A stretch of 64,000 nt of DNA from the NCBI GenBank assembly GCA_013334765.1, contig JAAXWW010000002.1, forward strand, positions 21,453 through 85,452. Reading direction: 5' to 3'. Origin of the DNA: Candidatus Moraniibacteriota bacterium. Lineage in GTDB: Bacteria; Patescibacteriota; Minisyncoccia; Moranbacterales; UBA2206. A program made the position numbers and the translations under genes. The notes under the pieces were generated by a model. The model saw only the letters and a program-made list of their open reading frames with translations, was not told where the DNA came from and did not search any database. The first letter of the stretch is position 1. Every line of letters starts with the position of its first letter. Shown here piece by piece: positions 37,551-48,161 of the stretch.

Positions 37551-38822
37551 ATGAAGAAAACCGTCTGCGTGATCGGCCTGGGATATGTCGGGCTTCCGAT
37601 AGCAGTCAGAAGCGTCGAGAAAGGATATGACGTTATCGGTTATGAGCTTTCGAAAGAAAAGGTGGACATGATAAACAAAGGGAAGAGTCCGATCGAGGAA
37701 AAATACCTCGATGACAACATGCAGAAATTCCCAGTGAAAGCATCGACGGACGAAAAGGTCATCAAGAAAGCCGACATAACCCTTATCTGCGTCCCGACTC
37801 CGGTCGATGAGTTCTATAACCCCGACCTCTCTCCGGTGATCGGAGCAACCGAAGCGATCATCCGCAATCTCAAGAAAGGATCTTTGGTTGTCCTTGAATC
37901 GACCGTGAACCCTGGCGTTTCAGAAGAAGTTTTGAAACCGATGTTCGAAGCTGCCGGATACAAAGTCGGCACGGATGTCTTCATCGCCCACTGTCCGGAA
38001 AGGATCAACCCGGGAGACCCGAAATGGAACGTTTCCAATATTCCAAGAGTGGTCGGATCATTCGACAAGAAAGGATTGGATGCGGCTGTCGAATATTATA
38101 GGAACATCACTACCGGAGAAGTGCGCCCGATGAAATCCATCCGCGAAGCCGAAGCAGTCAAGATCCTGGAAAATTCTTTCCGCGATATCAATTTGGCTTT
38201 CGTCAACGAAGTGGCGAGATCGTTCAATATCCTCGGGATCGATGTGAAAGACGTGATTGCCGGTTCTGCCACCAAGCCGTTCGGATTCATGCCGTTCTAT
38301 CCTTCTTGCGGAGTCGGCGGACACTGCATTCCGGTCGATCCGTATTATCTCATCGAGCGCGCCAAGAAAGCCGGATTCGATCACAAGTTCCTGAGGCTAT
38401 CGAGGGAAATCAACAACTCCATGCCGGTATATGCCGTCGAGCTTCTGAAAGATGCTTTGAACGAAGTGAAATTGCCGCTCAATGGAACTGCGGTCGGAAT
38501 CATGGGCGTGGCATACAAGGCCAACATCGATGATGTGCGCGAATCGCCAGCTGTGAAGATCATGGAGCTGGTGAAGAAGGGCGGCGCCAAGATGAATGTC
38601 TTTGATCCGCATATTCCGAAATCATCGAATGTGAAAACGCTTGAAGAAATCCTCAAGAAATCGACAGCGCTCGTGATCGCCACCGATCATAACGAATTCA
38701 AGCTGATCGACCCGAAACTGTTCAAAAAACACGGCATCAAAGTCATCATCGACGGAAGGAACTGCCTGGACAAGAATGCCATCAAGAAACTGGGAATCGT
38801 TTATAAAGGGATCGGGAGATAG
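37551..38822 (+). CDS. UDP-N-acetylhexosamine 6-dehydrogenase (WecC/WbpA-like)
   Basis: GLGYVGLP, CVPTP, ESTV.PG, PERINPG, GVGGHCIPVDP, DVRESPA. Confidence 0.92.
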   Translation: MKKTVCVIGLGYVGLPIAVRSVEKGYDVIGYELSKEKVDMINKGKSPIEEKYLDDNMQKFPVKASTDEKVIKKADITLICVPTPVDEFYNPDLSPVIGATEAIIRNLKKGSLVVLESTVNPGVSEEVLKPMFEAAGYKVGTDVFIAHCPERINPGDPKWNVSNIPRVVGSFDKKGLDAAVEYYRNITTGEVRPMKSIREAEAVKILENSFRDINLAFVNEVARSFNILGIDVKDVIAGSATKPFGFMPFYPSCGVGGHCIPVDPYYLIERAKKAGFDHKFLRLSREINNSMPVYAVELLKDALNEVKLPLNGTAVGIMGVAYKANIDDVRESPAVKIMELVKKGGAKMNVFDPHIPKSSNVKTLEEILKKSTALVIATDHNEFKLIDPKLFKKHGIKVIIDGRNCLDKNAIKKLGIVYKGIGR

Positions 38823-38890
38823 ATATAGCTTATTACCGAAATAAAAAAAGAGAGGCTGGACCTCTCTTTTTTTATTTCCCATGAATATAT

Positions 38891-39149
38891 TTACCTTTTC
38901 TGCCTTGCCTTATCCAAGATAAGCAGTACCAGTATCAATATCAAGATTATGACAGAAAATCCAAACAATTCAATAACATTTTTTAATATCCCGAAAAAAA
39001 CAACGTCGCAATCCATTCCATCGCTCCCGGCATTATATTTTGTCCGATCATCCCTAAGAGGATAAATAGTAAAAAGGCCACAAGCATCAAAAAAACGTGT
39101 GGTTTTTCATCTTTTCTATTTCTGAATAAAACCACTTATTGATTTTCAT
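38891..39149 (-). pseudogene. Small membrane protein gene broken at two T7 tracts
   Basis: Adding one T to each T7 run restores an 86 aa hydrophobic ORF; TGGTATAAT upstream. Confidence 0.5.
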
Positions 39150-39285
39150 TTTTGTTTTTTTATTTGTTACAATTTTTATGCTTTATATTATACCACATTT
39201 AAAGCTTATACATTACTTGCCTTCCGGCCCCAAAAAAGGTATAATCCGAGCATAATAATCCGAATACATAAAAAAACAAAAACAT

Positions 39286-39516
39286 ATGTTTTCATTATTG
39301 AAACTGGTCGTTTGGCTGGCAGGAATCGTCGTTATCGCCTATCTGGTTCTCGGCTATTTCGGCTATGAAGTGAATATGGCCTATTTCAAAGAGACGAAGG
39401 CCGCTTGCCAGGCAAAATTGGACGAATGTAAGAGCAAACTCATACATAACGGCATCGACAATGCGAAATGCGATTTCGCCTGCGCCGATCCGAAACTAAT
39501 CATTAGCAAGAAATAA
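39286..39516 (+). CDS. Small TM protein with four Cys
   Basis: Hydrophobic N-terminus, C.....ECK...CDFAC; abuts the next gene. Confidence 0.8.
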   Translation: MFSLLKLVVWLAGIVVIAYLVLGYFGYEVNMAYFKETKAACQAKLDECKSKLIHNGIDNAKCDFACADPKLIISKK

Positions 39517-39517
39517 C

Positions 39518-40501
39518 GTGAAACTGATCGTAAACATCCCGGCGTATAACGAAGAAAAGGAAATCGCCAAAACCATAACGCGCATAAGAAAAAGCTTCGA
39601 TTTGGATTTCTATTCCAAAGAAGAAGGAAAAGTTATCGACGAAAAACTGATCCAGGTGGTTGACGACGGATCAAGCGACAATACGGCCGAGGAGTGCAGA
39701 AAAGCCGGAGCGGATATAGTCATTTCATACAAACCCAACCGCCGCCTCGCCTATTCCTTCAAGCGCGCAGTCGAAAGCTCTCTTGAGAACGGAGCTGACA
39801 TGATGGTCAATATCGATGCAGATGGTCAATTCGACCCTAATGACATTCCCAAGTTGCTAGTCCCTATCTTGGATGGGAAATGCGATATGGTGATTGCTAA
39901 CCGTTTCGGAGAACACGAAGCTAAAAACATGCCGTTTATCAAGCATTTCCTTAACCGTTTCGCCGCCAACATGATTGGATTCTTCCTTAATTATCCGATT
40001 CAGGATCTCACTTGCGGATTCCGAGCGCATAACCGTGAAACAATGTTGCGCTTCAATTTGACCAATGTCCATTTCACCTATACGCAAGAAACCATTATTG
40101 ATGCGATAGGAAAAAACCTGAAACTTCAATGGGTGCCAGTCAAAGTTTCCTATTTCGCCGACAGGGAATCCAGGATCGTGAAATCGGTCTGGAAATTCGT
40201 CTCCAATTCCGCCAAGATCATCCTGAAAGCAGTCCGTGATGTGCGTCCGATGAAATTCTTCGGCATTCCCGGACTTGTGATGATGCTTGCCGCACTTGCC
40301 GTTTTCATCGTTTTTCTTTTCCATTATTTCGCTACTTTCCAAATCACGACTTATAGGAATTACGTTTTTCTTTCGGTTATCCTTTTCTTCATCGGTCTCC
40401 AATTCTGGGTTTTCGCCCTCATTGCAGACATGATCAAAACCAACCGGAATCTCACAGAGGAACAATTATATTTCATCAGAAAAGAAAAATACAAGAAATA
40501 G
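39518..40501 (+). CDS. GT2 polyprenyl-phosphate glycosyltransferase (DPM1-like, 2 C-terminal TM)
   Basis: IPAYNEE, VDDGSSDNT, IDADGQ, D.TCGFRA. Confidence 0.9.
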   Translation: MKLIVNIPAYNEEKEIAKTITRIRKSFDLDFYSKEEGKVIDEKLIQVVDDGSSDNTAEECRKAGADIVISYKPNRRLAYSFKRAVESSLENGADMMVNIDADGQFDPNDIPKLLVPILDGKCDMVIANRFGEHEAKNMPFIKHFLNRFAANMIGFFLNYPIQDLTCGFRAHNRETMLRFNLTNVHFTYTQETIIDAIGKNLKLQWVPVKVSYFADRESRIVKSVWKFVSNSAKIILKAVRDVRPMKFFGIPGLVMMLAALAVFIVFLFHYFATFQITTYRNYVFLSVILFFIGLQFWVFALIADMIKTNRNLTEEQLYFIRKEKYKK

Positions 40502-40682
40502 CAAAGAGAACATGTTTGGGAAATCGCAAGCTCATTTTGAAAATCACTATTGCGAATTTTGTGGAAACAAGCCTGCTTTTCAGGAAAAGCGTAGAAATGG
40601 ATATTTCTGGAAGCATCTGATATGAGTAATTTCCAAAATGAGCATACGATTTCTGATCATTGAAAGACCATAGCTTTTGTTT

Positions 40683-41795
40683 ATGAAAATATTATTCGTT
40701 TCACATTCCTATCCTCCGACGCTCGGGGGCGTGGAAATCCAGAATTTCAACCTGGCAAAAGGCCTCGGACAAATAGCCGAGGTCAGAGTCATAGCTAATG
40801 GCAAAGGGAAAAAGCATCTCCCTGTTTTTTTGCCCCTGACATTTTTCAAGATTCTTTTCCTGATGCCGAAATACGATGCCTGCCTCATGGGAAACGGCGT
40901 TCTTGCTCCGCTCGGAGCGGCTGCCAGGATATTCCATCCTAAAAAGAAATTCTTCTGCGTCATCCATGGACTCGACATCACTTTCGCCAGCAAGAAAGGA
41001 CTGCTTTCCAGGATATATTCCGCGGTCAATATCCCCTCCCTCAAATTCGTCGACAAGCTCTTCATGGTTGGAAACGCGACAATCGAAGAAGCGGTCAAGA
41101 TCGGGATCGAACGAAACCATTGCATCTTCATTCCGAACGGAATCGATGCTAAGAAGCTCAGGAAGCCGCATGACCGAACCGAACTTTCAAAACTGTTCGG
41201 GAGCGACATTCAAGGCAAGCAAGTCATCTTGAGATTGGCGCGTTTCGTCAAGCACAAAGGAACAAGCTGGTTCATCGAAAACGTCATGCCGAAACTTCCA
41301 GATTCTGTCGTCATGATAGCAGCCGGGCACCGCGTCGGGAAGAATACAGCCGGAGACAAGGACAACTTTTCGGTCTGCGAAGATATCATCAAAGAAAAAC
41401 ATCTTGAAAATCGAGTGAAGCTCATGCCGTCACTGCCGCAAAAAGACATGGAAACGCTTCTTAATACCGTCGACATCTGTGTTTCCCCGAACATCGAAGT
41501 TCCTGGAACCATGGAGGGATTCGGCATAAACGTCATCGAGGCCGGCGGATGCGAACGGGTGGTTATCGCGTCCGATCTTGAAGGTCTCAAGGACGCGATC
41601 AAAGACGGAAAGAACGGATTCCTGGTCGAACCGGAAAATGCCGAGGCCTGGACGGAAAAAATCAATGAAATCCTCGGGAAAGACGACGCTTTCAGGAAAG
41701 AATTCGGCAAGAAAGCCGCAGCATACGTGGAGGAGAATTTCAATTGGGAAAAGATTTCGAAGAGATACCTGGAAGAAATGACAAAAATGCAATAA
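40683..41795 (+). CDS. GT4 family glycosyltransferase
   Basis: PP..GG, HGLD, KHKG, EGFGINVIEA. Confidence 0.9.
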   Translation: MKILFVSHSYPPTLGGVEIQNFNLAKGLGQIAEVRVIANGKGKKHLPVFLPLTFFKILFLMPKYDACLMGNGVLAPLGAAARIFHPKKKFFCVIHGLDITFASKKGLLSRIYSAVNIPSLKFVDKLFMVGNATIEEAVKIGIERNHCIFIPNGIDAKKLRKPHDRTELSKLFGSDIQGKQVILRLARFVKHKGTSWFIENVMPKLPDSVVMIAAGHRVGKNTAGDKDNFSVCEDIIKEKHLENRVKLMPSLPQKDMETLLNTVDICVSPNIEVPGTMEGFGINVIEAGGCERVVIASDLEGLKDAIKDGKNGFLVEPENAEAWTEKINEILGKDDAFRKEFGKKAAAYVEENFNWEKISKRYLEEMTKMQ

Positions 41796-41810
41796 CCTCT
41801 TAAAATAGTT

Positions 41811-43748
41811 ATGATGCTTTCATTCATCAGCCAACAATTTGCCTTCTATCTGACCCTTCTCCTGCTGTTCTTCCTGCCGGGATATTTTTTGCTGGGCGCG
41901 GTTTTCAAGAAGGACAGCTTCTCCTTTTTTGAGCACGTCATCATCGGATCCGGGCTTAGCATCATCACGACCGATTTCACGATACTCGTTCTCGATCGCG
42001 CGAATATCCCCCTGACAAGATATTCGCTCGCGCTCTCCATACTCGCCATAACTGCCGTCGCATATTTCGTCTCGAAGAAAGGGCAGACCGGAAATTCCAG
42101 CTTCGCCAAACTGAACTTCACTAAAAAGCAAGGCATGCTGATAATAATCCTGATCTGCTCGACTGTCTTCATAAAGGCCTATTATCTCAGAAACGCCGTC
42201 ATGCCGGGAACTACCGACCTGGGGCACCATCTCTATTGGTCGAAAGTCATCGCCGAGACCCACCATATTCCCGAATACACCCAAAGAGACGTCATCAGCC
42301 GGGACGAGACGAACATGATCGGCGCGCCGAAAAAGATCAGCGACTTCATCATCGGCGAACAGCTGTTCTATTCTTCCGTTTCTATCGTTTCCGGAATCGG
42401 TTTCATCTCATATTTCCCGGTGCTCGCGCTTTTCCTGGTGAACACGATGAGCATCCTGGCGCTCTTCATCCTGGCGCTCGAGCTTTTCAGGAACAACCCC
42501 AGGAGAAAAAGCATCGCCATCCTTTCGCTCCTTTTCATCGGTCCGCTTTTCTCGATCGATCCGCCGCAAGCAAAGTTCGTCGCCGGAGGAGTGACCGGGA
42601 ACCTGATCGCCAACTTCCTCGTCCCGCTCACGCTCTATTTCTATATCCGCTTTTTCCATGAAAGAACGAGGGGCTTCCTTTTTTTCGCGTTGCTTTTTTC
42701 CATGGGATTGTTCTATACGCATCACCTGACCGGTTTCATGTTCCTGATCTCATTCGCTTCATTCGTCATCCTTTCTTCCGTCTTCAATTTCAAGGAATTC
42801 TTCGCGCTCATCAAGGATAAATCCAAATTGCTGCTATCCCCACAGATAATCGGATTTTTCGTTTTCGCGCTGATTTTCGTCGCTGCCATATACACCCCGT
42901 CATATCTCACCAATAAAGCTGTCACGACTGTGGTCGGCGCAGTTTCGAAAGCAGGACACGGCGGCCTCACCCTCAATCAGTTCCGGGACACGCTCGGGGA
43001 GACAAGGATCGTCTGGGGAATGATGGGGCTCCTTTTCGCCATCTTCCTTATCAGGAAAAGCGCTGAAAAATTCTCGCTCATCATGGTTTCCGCATGGGCA
43101 GGCGCCATCTTCCTAGTTTCCATGTTCCCGGATATCGTCAAGATCGACCTCCCATCCGGAAGGGCCGCCAACTATGCCAGCTATCCCCTTTCCATCCTTT
43201 CCGCATTCGCGATAGTGACGCTCGCAGCGAAAAGTTTCTGTTCAAAGAATGCTGTCATCCAAAAAACCAGTTCCCGCTTCTTCCTTGGCGCTTTCGTGCT
43301 TCTTGTTTCATTCATAATGATAAACGGCGTGAGCGACAACGTCGGATATCTCATGAAAGACAACTTCTATCCGGACAAGATCCAGGAAACATACGCCGCG
43401 TCGAGCTATCTTTCTTCCAAGATGAGCGGTCAGGATATTCTCGCGGATGATCATATATATATCACTGCCGATTCATTCGTGAAACTCTTCTTCATGCGCG
43501 ACTACAACTTCCCGCTCTATCGGGCGAACCTGGAACGCTACACTAACAACGTCGACAAGGATGAATTCTGCACCCTTTGGATGATATCGGGACCGGAAAC
43601 TCCGGACAGCGAGAAATGCTTCCGGGACCTCGGGGTGAATTTCGTCCTGGTCAACGGAAAGACCGACGCGGCGCAATTCGAGAAGCTCGGCAATTTCCAG
43701 AAGGTATATTCGAACAACGAATTAAATGCTTATTATCGAACAAACTAG
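41811..43748 (+). CDS. Large polytopic membrane protein (probable GT-C-fold glycosyltransferase)
   Basis: More than 12 hydrophobic segments; FFLPGY, TDLGHH loop, YTHHLT. Confidence 0.7.
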   Translation: MMLSFISQQFAFYLTLLLLFFLPGYFLLGAVFKKDSFSFFEHVIIGSGLSIITTDFTILVLDRANIPLTRYSLALSILAITAVAYFVSKKGQTGNSSFAKLNFTKKQGMLIIILICSTVFIKAYYLRNAVMPGTTDLGHHLYWSKVIAETHHIPEYTQRDVISRDETNMIGAPKKISDFIIGEQLFYSSVSIVSGIGFISYFPVLALFLVNTMSILALFILALELFRNNPRRKSIAILSLLFIGPLFSIDPPQAKFVAGGVTGNLIANFLVPLTLYFYIRFFHERTRGFLFFALLFSMGLFYTHHLTGFMFLISFASFVILSSVFNFKEFFALIKDKSKLLLSPQIIGFFVFALIFVAAIYTPSYLTNKAVTTVVGAVSKAGHGGLTLNQFRDTLGETRIVWGMMGLLFAIFLIRKSAEKFSLIMVSAWAGAIFLVSMFPDIVKIDLPSGRAANYASYPLSILSAFAIVTLAAKSFCSKNAVIQKTSSRFFLGAFVLLVSFIMINGVSDNVGYLMKDNFYPDKIQETYAASSYLSSKMSGQDILADDHIYITADSFVKLFFMRDYNFPLYRANLERYTNNVDKDEFCTLWMISGPETPDSEKCFRDLGVNFVLVNGKTDAAQFEKLGNFQKVYSNNELNAYYRTN

Positions 43749-44123
43749 ATGAGCGAGAAAAAAATAATCATCGTCATTTCCGTTTTCGTCCTTGTTGTCT
43801 TTTCGGCGCTTTCCTGGCGGGAGATGAAATTCCAAACAGGAACATACAGGAACGGCTGGTGGGGCATATATTTCAACGACCCCAAAGGATCAAGCCTTGA
43901 TTTCACTATCAACAACGAAAGCAAGCCGGAAAAATTCTCATGGAAAGTCACCTCTCAGGATGGCAGCACGACATTCCTGCAGGGAACGGAAAACGTTTCT
44001 TCAGGAGAAAAAAGAGAGCTGTCCTTCTCCAGCCAGGATATTCCCCAGAGTCAGAAGATCATCATCAAGGTAACGAATGGGAGCGACGGAACGGAAAAAG
44101 ACATATACAAGACCCTTCCTTAG
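43749..44123 (+). CDS. Membrane-anchored small Ig-like protein
   Basis: N-terminal TM, beta-rich F.I.N.E pattern; abuts the previous gene. Confidence 0.7.
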   Translation: MSEKKIIIVISVFVLVVFSALSWREMKFQTGTYRNGWWGIYFNDPKGSSLDFTINNESKPEKFSWKVTSQDGSTTFLQGTENVSSGEKRELSFSSQDIPQSQKIIIKVTNGSDGTEKDIYKTLP

Positions 44124-44202
44124 TTTGAGAAAAAGAACCGCTTGATAAAAAACAAGACCCGAGGGTCTTGTTTTTTGTTCCTATTCGTCACTGCTTCGAA
44201 CG

Positions 44203-46053
44203 CTATTTCTGAGCCTTATAGACCTCCACATAATTCTTGTCGCGCCCGTTTATGGATATCCTCCAGACCGGTTCGGCGTCGGAATAGTTCACGATATTTT
44301 TCTTGATCTCTTTCCAGGTGTCAGCATACATTACCGATCCGCGCCTGGTCCTCACGACATAGTCTATCTTATCGAGTTCTCCAGTGCTAGCATTCCTTTT
44401 GTAAGCTAGATCCCCTTTTATGCATATTCCCTTGAAGAAAGGGCAGAATCCGTTCTGATCAGCCCAGACAACCATTTTTTCGGCCCCAGGAAGGGCGTTC
44501 AGGTGCTCCGCGGCCTCATAGCCTCCATAGCCCCATGAATCGGCTATGAGCGATTTCTGAGGCAAGAAAGCGTTCGTGTAGTTGAAATAGAAAGGCTTGG
44601 CCGACCAAAGGCTCGCGGCGCCTATGATTAGCAGCCCGGCGGTCAGATATTCTTTTTTTATGCCCGCTATCCTTTTCCAGGAAAACAGCTCCCATATCCC
44701 GATAGCGGAAAGGATGAAAATCAGCGGATAGAGCATTATGGTATAGCGGATATTGACCAGAAGCCCCTGATATATGACGGCTCCATAGAAAGCGGCTATG
44801 AAAACAGCGGTGGACGCGACTATCCATGCCTGTTCCGTCTTCTTCCAGAAAGACTTCGCAAGAACAAAAAACAACAAGAAAAACACTAATGGCAAAACGG
44901 AAAAGATAAGAGGAGCCGCTTCCAGGAAAATCTTTTCATGGAGCTGCTGTTTTCCGAAAATTATCCCCATGTCGGAATCGAACGGAATTTTCCTCAGATC
45001 CGGCATGAGACGGAAACCCGAGGAATGATTCAGGAAAGTTATCAGGAAAACAGCAAGAACCAAGAATATAGGAATGGAAAAAATCAGCCTGCCCGCTTTT
45101 GCAATAAAGCGATATGCCAGATTCATAATCCTTCCCCTATTGAGAAATGCGTCCAGAATGAAAAGCAAGTCAGCAGCAACAGTCGCCCAGAATATTTTCG
45201 ACATGCCGGAAAATCCGATCGTCCCAGCATAGAATATCTTCGGATTGACTATGCCTGCGGGCAGGAATATCGCGAAAACCAGGAAGGCTCCGGCAATCAG
45301 GCAGAGATGCGCCGCAGCGAATCGGCCTATTTTCCTGCCAGTATCGCCTTTCCAATCGGAATATCTGAAAATGGCGATCATCAGGAAGGCGGACAGATAG
45401 AAAGGAATCAAGACAAGGGCGGCATATTTGGTCAAAAGCGCCAAACCCAAGGAAGCAGCCGAAATGGCAACCGATTTCTTTTCTTCCGATTTCAGGTAGT
45501 CGAGAAAGGAAAGGATGGAAATCGCCGAGAAAAGCCACAGCAAGGCATCAGGATTGACGATCTGGGAAACTCCGACGATTATGGGACTCGTCAGGATGAA
45601 GATAGTCGACCAGAGGGCTATCCAGTCGTTTTGGGTTATCCTCCTTATCAGCCAGAAAATGATAATCGCCCCGAATGCATTGAAAATGATTATCGGGACG
45701 CGGAAGAACAGATCAATTGTCCTTATTTTTCCAGGATCATATATGCGGTAATAGTCATGATCAGAAAAAATATTTTCCCTGGAAACATTGAGCAAGGCAT
45801 TCCCTATTCCGGAAATGAGAGCGACGGTCACTCCGGGCTTGTCGTTTATGTATGTGTGTTTCCAATCGCCGGAAAGGATAGCCTTCCAATATTGATCCAC
45901 CCGTCCTGTTCCAGGATCATATATCCAGTAATGCTCATCCACCGTTTCGAATTCGGAAAGATGATAGAACGCGAAAGAAAGATACGTCAGGATAGCCAGC
46001 GAAAGAAAGATGATTACGGTTTTTTTGGATGCGCGGTTTTTCGTCGAAAGCAT
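44203..46053 (-). CDS. GT-C (PMT/ArnT-like) membrane glycosyltransferase, paralog 1
   Basis: VDEHYW, INDKPG, SQIVNPD, TKY, WGYGGYEAA. Confidence 0.82.
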   Translation of the reverse strand: MLSTKNRASKKTVIIFLSLAILTYLSFAFYHLSEFETVDEHYWIYDPGTGRVDQYWKAILSGDWKHTYINDKPGVTVALISGIGNALLNVSRENIFSDHDYYRIYDPGKIRTIDLFFRVPIIIFNAFGAIIIFWLIRRITQNDWIALWSTIFILTSPIIVGVSQIVNPDALLWLFSAISILSFLDYLKSEEKKSVAISAASLGLALLTKYAALVLIPFYLSAFLMIAIFRYSDWKGDTGRKIGRFAAAHLCLIAGAFLVFAIFLPAGIVNPKIFYAGTIGFSGMSKIFWATVAADLLFILDAFLNRGRIMNLAYRFIAKAGRLIFSIPIFLVLAVFLITFLNHSSGFRLMPDLRKIPFDSDMGIIFGKQQLHEKIFLEAAPLIFSVLPLVFFLLFFVLAKSFWKKTEQAWIVASTAVFIAAFYGAVIYQGLLVNIRYTIMLYPLIFILSAIGIWELFSWKRIAGIKKEYLTAGLLIIGAASLWSAKPFYFNYTNAFLPQKSLIADSWGYGGYEAAEHLNALPGAEKMVVWADQNGFCPFFKGICIKGDLAYKRNASTGELDKIDYVVRTRRGSVMYADTWKEIKKNIVNYSDAEPVWRISINGRDKNYVEVYKAQK

Positions 46054-46054
46054 A

Positions 46055-48106
46055 TTATTCCTGATCAGTTCCGGTTATTTCCACAGCTTTATATATCTTG
46101 AGATAATTCTCCCCTCTGTTGTCTATTTTCATCTGCCAGACCGCCTTGCTTGCTCTTGGATGAGGGAAGCTCGGCTTCAACTGGCCTCGCAGGGTATTGT
46201 AATAATAGTCTATGCGGTATTTCTCCGTATCCACCTTCGTCTTGTGGATGCATTTTCCGACAAAGAATTCACAGAATCCGTAGGAATCGGCCCAGACAGT
46301 CAGATTTCGAGCCCCAGGCAGCTTGTTCATATGCTCGGCTGCTTCATAGCCTCCATAGCCCCAAGCGGCTGTAATCATGTATTTCTGAGGCAGGATGCTG
46401 CTGGTATAGTTGAAATAGAACGGCTTGATGTGCCATATGCTCGCGAAACTTATGGCGACGATGCCAACAAAAACCAAAAGGCCGTTGGTTGCGAAAGCCG
46501 GCTTTCTGATTGGAAACTTCTTCATTATGAATATCGAAAAAGCCGCGGCTGCGATCGGGATGACAAACCAGAACCATTCGTGGTATTTCAGGAATTCCTT
46601 AATGCTTCTCTCCTTGATCATTCCGTTCTTGATAGCAAGGGAATAAAGGATGACTCCTCCGATAATGAGGAGGATGGTCAGATATGCTGCTGCCGGAGCT
46701 ATGCGGCGATCATTCGCATTTTGGTTTTCTTTGTTTGAAAAGAATTCGAAGACAGCCAATCCGCAAAGGAACGAAGCGACTGGATAAAGGATCATCGAGT
46801 AGCGGATCTGCAGGAGAAGTCCTTCAGCTATGGATGCCAGAAAGAATATGAGGATGAAGCTCGAGAGCATGAAGGCAGTCGTCTTATGCAATATGTCATT
46901 GAAAAGGCCTTTCGCCCAAAGATAGAACAAGGAAAGGATCGCGAGCGGAGTCAAGGAAAAAGCCAGCGGAACCGCTTCTGCCGCATATCTCTTCAGAAAG
47001 GGAATCTTGGCGAAATCATCTTTTAGCTTCATGTCGAACGGGATGCTTTTGAAGCTGGCAAGAAGCTGCCCTGATATCCAATTCACGAGGACGAAGACGA
47101 AAGTGGCGATCAGGATAGCATAAAGGACCGGCGGCAGGATCTTGCGAAGAGGCTTGAGCTTCTCGAAAATCCCGAACAGCAACCGGCCTTGCAAGAAACG
47201 ATTCTCCAGAATAAGCAGGATATCCAGTGCTATGACCAGCCAGAAAACCGGCACCATGTCGCGCGACCCGATCGTATTTTGGGAAAGGTATTTTATATCA
47301 GTGAATATGGCCGGCATCATGAGCGCGAAGATCAGGAAGCCTCCGAAAGTGATAGCCAGATGGCTCATGAGGCTTCCGAACATCCTTTTCCTGAATTTTT
47401 CCCTGTCCTCGGCGAACACATCGAACTCCATGAAGAAATATGCCAGGATCATGAACAGGATGAACGGAACCAGGATGAACGCCACGTATTTGCTGGCCAT
47501 GCCAAGACCGAAAAAGAGAGTCGTGAGCGCCACCAGCTTCCTGCTCGGCTCTTTGAGATAGCCCATGAAGGTGAGGACTCCGGAAAAAGTAAATATCCAG
47601 AACAGCGAGTCCGGATTGACTATCTGCGACATGCCAATGACTATCGGCGAAAGGAGGATGAAAGTCGTCGCATAGAGCGCGATCCAGGGGTTGTCCGTTA
47701 TTTTCCTGATTATCCAGAAAAAATAGAGCGAGAAAAGGCCGCCGATGAGAAGGATCGGAAAGCGATAAAGAAAATTCAGCCTCTTGGTTTCTGATGGATC
47801 ATACACTCTTGCGGTTCCGTCATCGCTCAGGATCTGGGCATCCGGATTGCGGTCGATAAGGACTGCCGAGATGGATGAGTATGCCAATGTCACGCCCGGC
47901 TTGTCATTTATGCGAGTGCCTTTCCAGTCGCGGTTCGCGACTGCCTCCCAATAGTTCCCGATGCGGCTCTGCCCGGCGCCGAACCAATAATGCTCGTCTG
48001 ACGTGATAAAATCGGTCAGGTGATAGAGACCGAAAGAAAAGAATATTATAAGCGGGATAAGAAGGAGCGCCTTCGGATTGCCAGCGTATTTCTTTATGCT
48101 ACCCAT
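46055..48106 (-). CDS. GT-C (PMT/ArnT-like) membrane glycosyltransferase, paralog 2
   Basis: SDEHYW, INDKPG, SQIVNPD, SKY, WGYGGYEAA. Confidence 0.82.
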   Translation of the reverse strand: MGSIKKYAGNPKALLLIPLIIFFSFGLYHLTDFITSDEHYWFGAGQSRIGNYWEAVANRDWKGTRINDKPGVTLAYSSISAVLIDRNPDAQILSDDGTARVYDPSETKRLNFLYRFPILLIGGLFSLYFFWIIRKITDNPWIALYATTFILLSPIVIGMSQIVNPDSLFWIFTFSGVLTFMGYLKEPSRKLVALTTLFFGLGMASKYVAFILVPFILFMILAYFFMEFDVFAEDREKFRKRMFGSLMSHLAITFGGFLIFALMMPAIFTDIKYLSQNTIGSRDMVPVFWLVIALDILLILENRFLQGRLLFGIFEKLKPLRKILPPVLYAILIATFVFVLVNWISGQLLASFKSIPFDMKLKDDFAKIPFLKRYAAEAVPLAFSLTPLAILSLFYLWAKGLFNDILHKTTAFMLSSFILIFFLASIAEGLLLQIRYSMILYPVASFLCGLAVFEFFSNKENQNANDRRIAPAAAYLTILLIIGGVILYSLAIKNGMIKERSIKEFLKYHEWFWFVIPIAAAAFSIFIMKKFPIRKPAFATNGLLVFVGIVAISFASIWHIKPFYFNYTSSILPQKYMITAAWGYGGYEAAEHMNKLPGARNLTVWADSYGFCEFFVGKCIHKTKVDTEKYRIDYYYNTLRGQLKPSFPHPRASKAVWQMKIDNRGENYLKIYKAVEITGTDQE

Positions 48107-48161
48107 GTGCCGATTATTTTATGATGAATTAATATGCCACGACTGCGAACATTCCAGTCCC

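Noticed and set aside
40512-40625. 37 aa ORF containing CEFC
   Set aside because: Lies within the inverted-repeat element and has no supporting signals
40520-40653. attC site
   Set aside because: No flanking AAC/GTT core pair
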